Assembly (NCBI GenBank): GCA_017404065.1
Contig: JAFRDB010000128.1
Location: forward strand, 63-64,062
Direction of reading: 5' to 3'
DNA length: 64,000 nt
From: Clostridia bacterium
GTDB taxonomy: Bacteria; Bacillota; Clostridia; UBA1381
Below, in pieces: positions 25,969 to 33,288 of this stretch (position 1 is the first letter of the stretch; every line of letters starts with the position of its first letter). The position numbers and the translations under genes were made by a program. The notes under the pieces were generated by a model, which was not told the DNA's origin, ran no database searches, and saw nothing but the letters and a program-made list of their open reading frames with translations.

Positions 25969-27333
25969 CTAAAATCTGAAATAAAGGAACGGATTGAATG
26001 TGTCGTCAACAAGGTATGCAACACAAACAATAAATCCGATACATGCAAGTATATACTTTACCCAATACAGCTTCTGCGGAACATATTTGTCATAAAGCTT
26101 TTTCACTATGCCTATTGCCGCAATTATCGCGATGATCGCAAGCACACCATAGGACTTTATATTGTACAGAAACTCACGGCTCGTAATACCAAGATTTGTT
26201 ACGTTAAACAATGAACCAAAGTAGCTGAATATATTTCTTGCACCGCTTACGGCAAACAGCACCCAACTGAACGATACGAAGATGGTAGAATAAATAAATG
26301 CGATAACCTTATTTTTTTCTAACAGCTTGCGCAAAAACTGTTTTTCGAGTATGAGCATAATACCGAAATACAGACCCCACATCACAAAATTCCATGCCGC
26401 TCCATGCCATAGTCCCGTAAGTATCCATACGATCAGAACGTTCAAATTCGAACGAAAACGCCCTTTGCGATTTCCGCCAAGCGGTATGTATATATACTCG
26501 CGAAACCATGTACCGAGACTCATGTGCCAGCGCCGCCAGAATTCAGTAAGGCTTTTTGACACAAACGGATAGTTAAAGTTTTCAAGAAAATCAAAACCGA
26601 ACATCTTTCCCAACCCGATTGCCATATCAGAATAGCCGGAAAAATCAAAATACAGCTGCATTCCGAATGCAAATACACCCAGCCATGCCATCGCAAGAGA
26701 CAGACTTCCGGGATCGGAAGCGCTTATAAGGTTCCACAGCTTTCCAATACTATTTGCAAGCAACACCTTTTTGCAAAGACCCGCGCAAAAGCGCGAAAAG
26801 CCAAGCATAAAGCGTTTTCCTGTAACAGTTCTGTTGTCAAGCTGCTTTGCCACATCATCATATCTTACTATCGGGCCGGCTATAAGCTGCGGGAACAGCG
26901 AAAGATAGAGACCGAAGGATATGTAATTTTTTTGCACAGAGGTTTCCTTGCGGTATACATCGATAGTGTATGAAAGCGCTTGGAAGGTATAGAAGGATAT
27001 ACCTATCGGCAAGGCTATATTAAACCCTCCGTATCCGAACCACGAGCATATAAAATTGGTATACTTAAAGAATACGAGAATACCGATGTTTACTATAATA
27101 TTGACTGTAAGTGCAGCTTTCTTTGCTCGGGTCTTGTCTATGACCAGTCCCGAAAAATAATTGAATACAGATGAAAAAAGCATGATAACAACATACTTCG
27201 GCTCGCCCCATGCATAAAAAACGAGACTGGCTATGAACAGAACAATATTTTTAAGCTTCTTGGGAACAATGAAATAAACCACAGTAACTATCGGCAAAAA
27301 GTAAAATAAAAAAACCATGCTTGAAAAAACCAT
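25969..27333 (-). CDS. MBOAT-family membrane O-acyltransferase (AlgI/DltB/PatA-like)
   Basis: 454 aa and multi-TM. The N-terminus MVFSSMVFLFYFLP is typical. The conserved RWH (FWRRWHMSL) and GLWHGA histidine motifs are present. Confidence 0.85.
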   Translation of the reverse strand: MVFSSMVFLFYFLPIVTVVYFIVPKKLKNIVLFIASLVFYAWGEPKYVVIMLFSSVFNYFSGLVIDKTRAKKAALTVNIIVNIGILVFFKYTNFICSWFGYGGFNIALPIGISFYTFQALSYTIDVYRKETSVQKNYISFGLYLSLFPQLIAGPIVRYDDVAKQLDNRTVTGKRFMLGFSRFCAGLCKKVLLANSIGKLWNLISASDPGSLSLAMAWLGVFAFGMQLYFDFSGYSDMAIGLGKMFGFDFLENFNYPFVSKSLTEFWRRWHMSLGTWFREYIYIPLGGNRKGRFRSNLNVLIVWILTGLWHGAAWNFVMWGLYFGIMLILEKQFLRKLLEKNKVIAFIYSTIFVSFSWVLFAVSGARNIFSYFGSLFNVTNLGITSREFLYNIKSYGVLAIIAIIAAIGIVKKLYDKYVPQKLYWVKYILACIGFIVCVAYLVDDTFNPFLYFRF

Positions 27334-27371
27334 TTTCAGCTGTCCCCCTATTGATCTGCATTATATTACAA

Positions 27372-27400
27372 ATTATAACACAGTAATACCTATTTGTCAA
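27372..27400 (-). promoter_or_regulatory. Promoter of the MBOAT-DHHW operon
   Basis: Minus strand: TTGACA (27395-27400), 17 nt, TATAAT (27372-27377). Confidence 0.55.
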
Positions 27401-27650
27401 TATATTCTCATAATTAGGCAAGATTAGTCATAATACATACAATATATTGGTAAATGATCACTTTAGGGTTTGGCACCCGCTTTATGAATTGATGCGGTTA
27501 ATTACCTCAGCACCTAATGCTCTACATATTATTTACAATATAATACCCGCCGTTTAATGCGATTCTTCCCATATTATCGGGATAGAACGCATAATACCGA
27601 CGGGTATTTTTAATGTCATGCATTATACTGTATATATTGCCGAAGCTGCA

Positions 27651-28832
27651 TTATTGACTGTATACAGCGCCGTCCGGCATCTCCGCATCCTCCGTTGTGG
27701 AATCGGTCGCTATATCATCAGAATCGATCGTCTGAACTATTCCGCGAATAATACACAGCTCATCATTTGTAACATCCGTTGCTTTATACAGCGAAAGCAT
27801 TGACGGATCGGTTGTGCGGACATATCCGCCTACTGTCAGATATCCGCCATAGCCAAGCGTCGGATACCGGTTCTCCGGATCGGCATACCACATATCGCTG
27901 CCGTCCGTGCCGAACATCTCCTTCACCTTAAGCTGGAGCTTTGCCATATTCGGCACAAGCACTGATCCGTTCGCCGAATCATACGTCGCGTCCGCCGCTA
28001 CAGTTTCTGTATTAATGCCGGCAGATGTAAAGCTTGAAAGATATTTGGAGTATTTTATAACATCCTTCACAGACAGGTTTGTCTTAATATCTGACATTAT
28101 ATCCGTGTATATTGCCGGTATCTTCTGTATAAGCGAAAGATTTAGCTTCTGATCGGTAAGCGTTTTTAAAAATTCCTGCTGAACGGCAATTCTGTCCTCA
28201 TCTCCGCGCAGATATCCTTTGCCATAGTTATTCTTCCTGTATCTCAGAAGATGCACAACCTGCTCACCGTTCAGATCATAGTTACCCGGCGGGAGATTGA
28301 TATGCAGGTTTTGATATGGGTCGTCATACACCATACCCTCACCATCGCCGTAAATATCGGGTATTGTGAAGTTCACCGGGCCAAGCTCGTCTATTATCTT
28401 CGCAATAGCCGCAAACGAGAAATCCACATAATAGTTTATCGTAACGCCCGTAAGCCTTGTTACCGCCTCGCAAGCCGCTATCGGGCCGCCCATCTCGCCG
28501 TTGGTATAGAACGCATGGGCCGCGTTTATCTTCTGATAACGGTTGCCTATATACATTCTGAGATCTCGCGGCAAAGACAGCATATTAACAACATTGCTTT
28601 CCGTATCATAACAGACAAGCACCATTGAGTCTGTCCTCAGTCCGTCCTCATCCGTACACATCAGCAGCGCGTTTATCTTGCCCGCGTTCGCCGGATTTTC
28701 TATAAAACTATTCTCTGCCTGACGCGCCGCGCCACCTGTGACATCAAAACCCATCACTACAAAAAACGCAAGCAGTATCGCTCCCAGCGATGCTCCGAGA
28801 ACCTGAAAATATTTCTTTACACTGAACTTCAT
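27651..28832 (-). CDS. LytR-CpsA-Psr (LCP) family cell-wall glycopolymer ligase
   Basis: N-terminal TM. LCP core (NALLMCTDEDGLRTDSMVLV....MLSLPRDL...KINAA). 393 aa. Confidence 0.85.
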   Translation of the reverse strand: MKFSVKKYFQVLGASLGAILLAFFVVMGFDVTGGAARQAENSFIENPANAGKINALLMCTDEDGLRTDSMVLVCYDTESNVVNMLSLPRDLRMYIGNRYQKINAAHAFYTNGEMGGPIAACEAVTRLTGVTINYYVDFSFAAIAKIIDELGPVNFTIPDIYGDGEGMVYDDPYQNLHINLPPGNYDLNGEQVVHLLRYRKNNYGKGYLRGDEDRIAVQQEFLKTLTDQKLNLSLIQKIPAIYTDIMSDIKTNLSVKDVIKYSKYLSSFTSAGINTETVAADATYDSANGSVLVPNMAKLQLKVKEMFGTDGSDMWYADPENRYPTLGYGGYLTVGGYVRTTDPSMLSLYKATDVTNDELCIIRGIVQTIDSDDIATDSTTEDAEMPDGAVYSQ

Positions 28833-30115
28833 CCGGCTATCCCCCTTTTCAGAATGTTATCCACCGCGGCAATGATACCGACCTTGCCCGAGGCGTACGT
28901 CAGTCCGCCCTGCATATATGCTGTATACGGCTCGCGCATCGGTCCGTCCGCCGAAAGCTCAATTGATGCGCCCTGAACAAATGCGCCTGCCGCCATTATT
29001 ACCTGATCCTGATATCCCGGCATATCCCATGGCTCAGGAGTAACGAAGCTGTCTACCGGAGCGCCCTTCTGTATGCCCTGTATAAACGCCTTCATCATAT
29101 CCGCATCATAAAATGTCACCGCCTGGATAATATCATGCCTGTCCTCCTCCGGCGCCGGAGATGTGTCAAATCCAAGCCTTGCAAGCGCCGCCGAACATAA
29201 CGCCGCTGTTTTCATAGCCTGCAGCACTATATGCGGCGCCATGAAAAAGCCCTGATATGCCTTATGATTAAATCCCATAGTCGCGCCGCATTCTCTGCCT
29301 ATACCCACGCAGGTCATACGATACGCGCAAAGCTCTACAAGCTCCCGTTTGCCGGCGATATATCCGCCCGTCGGCGCAAGCCCGCCGCCGGGATTTTTTA
29401 TGAGCGAGCCTGCCATCAGATCCGCGCCATAGTCGGTCGGCTCCTTCAGATCCGCAAACTCGCCGTAACAGTTATCAACAATACAGATCGTTCCAGGTGA
29501 TAGCCTCTTAACAAAGGCAACTATCCCACCTATCTTTTCCGCGCTGTAGGTCGGTCTGTCGCCATAACCCTTTGAGCGCTGGATAAATACCGCGCGCACC
29601 CTTGCAGCGCGAAGCGCCGCTTCTATCGCCTCATAGTCGGGCTCACCGTTTATCAGCTCTGTCTGAATATATTTTATCCCGAAATCTTTAAGCGATCCGT
29701 TCCCGTCCTTGCCGGCAATGCCGATCACCTCTTCAAGAGTATCATACGGCTTTCCCGTTATGGAGAGCAACGTATCACCTGGTCTTAATACTGCGTATAG
29801 CATGGTTGAGAGCGTATGCGATCCGTTTACCCAGTTGTGCCGTACAAGCGCGTCCTCCGCGCCGAATACCTGCGCGTATATCCTGTCGAGCGTATCCCGT
29901 CCGTCATCGTCATAGCCATAGCCTGTGGTCGGTATAAAATGGCGCTCCGAAACACGGTTATCCGAAAACGCCTTCATGACCTTCAGCTGGTTCAGCTCAG
30001 CGATCTCCTCCATTCGCGCAAACACGTGCTCTATATCCTTCTCGGCTGCCTCGACAAGCTCCACAGCCTCACGCGACACACCTAAGCTGTTTATTATATA
30101 ATCTGTTTTGTTCAT
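28829..30115 (-). CDS. PLP-dependent methionine gamma-lyase-family / aluminium-resistance protein (YnbB-like)
   Basis: 428 aa. The N-terminal region ...NQLKVMKAFSDNRVSERHFIPTTGYGYDDDGRDTLDRIYAQVFGAEDALVR is characteristic of this family. Confidence 0.75.
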   Translation of the reverse strand: MNKTDYIINSLGVSREAVELVEAAEKDIEHVFARMEEIAELNQLKVMKAFSDNRVSERHFIPTTGYGYDDDGRDTLDRIYAQVFGAEDALVRHNWVNGSHTLSTMLYAVLRPGDTLLSITGKPYDTLEEVIGIAGKDGNGSLKDFGIKYIQTELINGEPDYEAIEAALRAARVRAVFIQRSKGYGDRPTYSAEKIGGIVAFVKRLSPGTICIVDNCYGEFADLKEPTDYGADLMAGSLIKNPGGGLAPTGGYIAGKRELVELCAYRMTCVGIGRECGATMGFNHKAYQGFFMAPHIVLQAMKTAALCSAALARLGFDTSPAPEEDRHDIIQAVTFYDADMMKAFIQGIQKGAPVDSFVTPEPWDMPGYQDQVIMAAGAFVQGASIELSADGPMREPYTAYMQGGLTYASGKVGIIAAVDNILKRGIAG

Positions 30116-30139
30116 TTCTCATTCCCTTTTCAGTAGCTA

Positions 30140-30389
30140 AATTTCAGTTTGTCGGGAGAGATTAGCGGGCGGCGCAGCCTGTCCTTGCCCTGGGGCAAGG
30201 TGGGCTTTTCAAGCTTCGCTTGAAAAGGTCGGATTGGAGTTCACGGCACTAAAAAATGAGATAAATTAGCGGCTTTAGATAAAATCTATCTCTGCCGTAG
30301 CCCCCAACCCGCCTCGCAAGCTCGGCACCCTGCCCCAAGGCAGGGACAGCAGAGCTACACCGCAAACATCAGTCCGACAAACTGAAATT
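30140..30389. mobile_element. MITE-like element copy C (same termini as A/B, different palindromic core), flanked by TA/TA
   Basis: 16-bp perfect terminal inverted repeat AATTTCAGTTTGTCGG (30140-) / CCGACAAACTGAAATT (-30389). TA lies at 30138-39 and 30390-91. The interior forms long complementary arms (CTGTCCTTGCCCTGGGGCAAGGTG ... CACCCTGCCCCAAGGCAGGGACAG). Confidence 0.6.
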
Positions 30390-30462
30390 TATATCATCCA
30401 TTATATCATAGCAATGCGGCTTTGTCAATCATTAAAAAAGAGAGGTGTGTCCTCTCTTAGCT

Positions 30463-31230
30463 CTATTGATTATTTATTATTCCCAGCATCGCATTATGTA
30501 TGCGTCCATTTGAGACTACTATATCCGACGGTCTGTCATATTTCGGCTCATTTCCTTCCATATCCGTGACAATGCCGCCCGCTTCTCGGACTATCACTAT
30601 GCCGGCGGTGTAGTCCCATGGCTTGAGATCGCGCTCAAAAAAACCGTCCGTTCGTCCCGCGGCAATATAGCACAGATCCAAAGCCGCGCTGCCGCCGCGG
30701 CGTATATCCTCACTCGCAAGATAAAATCGCTTTATCAGGTCAAAATTCACATCCGCCAGATCTTTACGGTACGGCGATGTCCCTACGCTTATAAGCGATG
30801 CTGTAAGCTCGTCCGCATCTGTAACGCTGATCGGAGTCCCGTTTAAAAACGCTCCCTGACCAGAACCCGCATAAAACATTTCCTCCGTGAACGGATTATA
30901 AACTATACCGAGCACCGGCTTGCCGTTATCAAGAAGTCCGAGCGACACGGCGCTCATTTTATAGTCATGGATAAGATTTGCTGTTCCGTCTATAGGATCA
31001 AGCACCCACACTTTGCCGCCGAAGTCTATATCCGCATTATCCTTTTCCTCACTCATGAACTGTATGTCCGGATAAAGCTCGCCAAGCCGCGTCCGCATAA
31101 ACTCCTGTATTCTCATATCGACCTTTGTCACGAAATCAGCAAGTCCCTTTACCTCTATATCACGCGCCGAGCCGCGATCTGTCGCGATCACCTTTGTCTG
31201 CTTTATTAATTCGATCAGTGTATTTATCAT
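30463..31230 (-). CDS. suhB: Inositol monophosphatase family protein
   Basis: Motifs VLDPIDGT and GSAALDLCYIAAGR. 255 aa. Confidence 0.8.
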   Translation of the reverse strand: MINTLIELIKQTKVIATDRGSARDIEVKGLADFVTKVDMRIQEFMRTRLGELYPDIQFMSEEKDNADIDFGGKVWVLDPIDGTANLIHDYKMSAVSLGLLDNGKPVLGIVYNPFTEEMFYAGSGQGAFLNGTPISVTDADELTASLISVGTSPYRKDLADVNFDLIKRFYLASEDIRRGGSAALDLCYIAAGRTDGFFERDLKPWDYTAGIVIVREAGGIVTDMEGNEPKYDRPSDIVVSNGRIHNAMLGIINNQ

Positions 31231-31253
31231 TTTAAACCCCTTATGACTAATTA

Positions 31254-31748
31254 TTATTCCGGATAAGTAAATTTATATGTTTCTCTCATATCAAGGTAGC
31301 CCATAAACTCCTTACGGACATTGCCGTCTATAGTAAAACGCGCATAGCTTATCCCTTTTATGGAGGTCAGCGTGTCTACCAGCTGATAAACAAAAAGCCG
31401 CTCAATATCACGGCTGCGAGGAAGCTGATCCGCGATATTACGGTCAAGATCAATATACGCCACGTTTTCTTTTACTGTTACCGCTATTTTGCCACTACCG
31501 CGCGGTATAAGCTGCCTTATCTTTTCATTATCCGGCCGGCCGTTTCTGAGCTTTTTTATCGCCGTCTGCGCCTTATGCTCACTGTCGGCATCCGGCAGAA
31601 CATCCTCGTATGGCAGGAGCCTGTTAAGCTCCGCGTCAACAAAATACAGTCTTGCCGACACAGACGGAACAACCCTTGAACGTGCGCATGCAGCGGCAAT
31701 ACATATACCGCTGCATACGATTATAACAGTAAATATCAGTTTTTTCAT
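31254..31748 (-). CDS. GerMN-domain lipoprotein (sporulation/germination-associated)
   Basis: ATG 31748 (MKKLIFTVIIVCSGICIAAACA) has AGGGAGGA upstream. There is a signal peptide with Cys. The GerMN-like body reads ...LYFVDAELNRLLPYE...YIDLDRN... Confidence 0.6.
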   Translation of the reverse strand: MKKLIFTVIIVCSGICIAAACARSRVVPSVSARLYFVDAELNRLLPYEDVLPDADSEHKAQTAIKKLRNGRPDNEKIRQLIPRGSGKIAVTVKENVAYIDLDRNIADQLPRSRDIERLFVYQLVDTLTSIKGISYARFTIDGNVRKEFMGYLDMRETYKFTYPE

Positions 31749-31820
31749 AGCATGTCCTCCCTTTAAAGGCATTTTTGGCGCCTTTTATATTATATGAAGA
31801 ACATACTGTTTTTAGAATGC

Positions 31821-32075
31821 TTAGCTTTCCTGCTCCATTGCCATCTTAACGGCTTTTGCAAGCTGATCCGGACAAGATGTGCCGCGTCCGCTGCAATTTA
31901 TGCCCTCAAGACGCTTTACCACCTCGTCAGCTCTCATCCCCTCGCAAAGTGCGCCGACACCCTGAGTATTGCCGTTGCAGCCGCGGGTAAACTGTACATT
32001 CTTTATTATACCATCATCAATTTCAAAATCTATCTGTGCCGAGCATACCCCGCGCGGCGTGAATGAATATTTCAT
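31821..32075 (-). CDS. TIGR03905-family TSCPD-domain small protein
   Basis: 84 aa. It has ...FTRGCNGNTQG...INCSGRGTSCPDQLA..., the 4-Cys signature of this family. Confidence 0.7.
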   Translation of the reverse strand: MKYSFTPRGVCSAQIDFEIDDGIIKNVQFTRGCNGNTQGVGALCEGMRADEVVKRLEGINCSGRGTSCPDQLAKAVKMAMEQES

Positions 32076-32098
32076 AAGTTTCTCCTTATTTATCCTAC

Positions 32099-33103
32099 TT
32101 ATTCGCCTATAGTGATAGGAGCATCTATAACAAGGTTCTTACCCTCATATATCGTGTCTACGACATTCTCCCCTGATTTTGTTGTAAACATGAGGTAAGA
32201 ACCATGTCCTCTGGTCGATTCATATGTTTTGCCTATCTCTATGCTTCCGGCTTCTCCATTGATAGACTTGAATGTCGCCTTAAACACGTGTCCTGAGCTT
32301 GTAGCAGCATTTGTTTCATCGATCGTTGCAAAAATGACCTTCGTACCGCCTTCACGTCCTGTATTCTCCGCGAATACTGCTGCATTAACTTCATCACCAT
32401 TATCGTTAAGCAAGGTTCCGCTACCTTCAACATATTCAAATTTGCTCTTATCAAATTCAAATGTAGCAACTACACCACTACAGAACGAATCAGCCGGAAT
32501 GTTGTCTGCATCCACATACACCGTAAATTCTTCTCCTGCTTCAAGCTTGCCTGTCTTGTCTGTGAAAAGTGACATAGATACAAGCGTTTCCTCGTCAGGG
32601 GCTTTATATGTATAGCCATCAAGAAGAATAGGATCGCCTGTGGTTATATCTACCTTATAGTTTTCACTGTCCCATTCAACATTACAATCAAAAGCCTCGG
32701 AAACAGCTCTTAACGGGATCATTGTTCTGTCATTCATGATCTGAGCCGGAACATCAAGCGTAACCTCATCCTCCGTTCTTTCCAAAAGAGATTTGTATTT
32801 TAATATCTTCATTTTATCGCTGTCGATCGTAATAACGACAGACTGTACACCTGTTGAAGATTTAACGGTGACTTCTCTTGTATCGCCATCCCATTTCACC
32901 TTGCAGTCCATAGCCTCAAATACACCTCTTGCGGGAACAAGCGTTCTGCCGTCAACTATCGTTGCATTCTGATCCGAAAATACAATTCTGTTCCCATCAA
33001 CATAAACATCCGGCTCACCCTTCTCCTTATCTGCCGCAGCAGCACATAGAGAGCATGATGCCGCAAGTGATAACACTGTTAATAAGCTTAATATTTTTTT
33101 CAT
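32099..33103 (-). CDS. Secreted protein: two copper-amine-oxidase-N-terminal-like (stalk) domains + C-terminal cohesin-like domain
   Basis: Signal peptide MKKILSLLTVLSLAASCSLCAAAA. There are two copies of the pattern V.VDG..I.F....I.DGRTLVP.R..FEA.....W. The C-terminal 150 aa (GEEFTVYVDADNIPADSFCSGVVATFEFDKSKFEYVEGSG...KVIFATIDETNAATSSGHVFKATFKSINGEAGS) fits the cohesin beta-sandwich pattern. Confidence 0.6.
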   Translation of the reverse strand: MKKILSLLTVLSLAASCSLCAAAADKEKGEPDVYVDGNRIVFSDQNATIVDGRTLVPARGVFEAMDCKVKWDGDTREVTVKSSTGVQSVVITIDSDKMKILKYKSLLERTEDEVTLDVPAQIMNDRTMIPLRAVSEAFDCNVEWDSENYKVDITTGDPILLDGYTYKAPDEETLVSMSLFTDKTGKLEAGEEFTVYVDADNIPADSFCSGVVATFEFDKSKFEYVEGSGTLLNDNGDEVNAAVFAENTGREGGTKVIFATIDETNAATSSGHVFKATFKSINGEAGSIEIGKTYESTRGHGSYLMFTTKSGENVVDTIYEGKNLVIDAPITIGE

Positions 33104-33136
33104 AAGAATTTTCCTTTCATGTGTTTTGGTTATAAT

Positions 33137-33165
33137 ATTGTATCACATATCATCATGAATTGCAA
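33137..33165 (-). promoter_or_regulatory. Promoter of the cohesin/stalk protein gene
   Basis: Minus strand: TTGCAA (33160-33165), 17 nt, TACAAT (33137-33142). Confidence 0.5.
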
Positions 33166-33173
33166 GATGTATT

Positions 33174-33213
33174 TTTTTCAATGATATCCGCCATATTTTT
33201 CAATGATATCCGC
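33174..33213. promoter_or_regulatory. Two 18-bp direct repeats immediately upstream of the -35 (candidate activator site)
   Basis: TTTTTCAATGATATCCGC occurs at 33174-33191 and 33196-33213 (22-bp period, about two helical turns). Confidence 0.45.
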
Positions 33214-33250
33214 AAAAACAGGGAACCCGTTCAAAAGAACGGGTTCCCTG
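33214..33250 (-). terminator. Rho-independent terminator after the SLH protein gene
   Basis: Minus strand: CAGGGAACCCGTTC-TTTT-GAACGGGTTCCCTG, followed by T5. Confidence 0.75.
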
Positions 33251-33288
33251 TATCTGACTGAATACCTGTTCAGTTTTCCCCAACGAAA

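Noticed and set aside
27540-27612. A hairpin with 11-bp arms (AATACCCGCCG ... CGACGGGTATT) and a ~50-nt loop after the LCP gene.
   Set aside because: The loop is too long and there is no U-tract on the relevant (minus) strand, so it cannot be called an intrinsic terminator. The function is unclear and it may be fortuitous.
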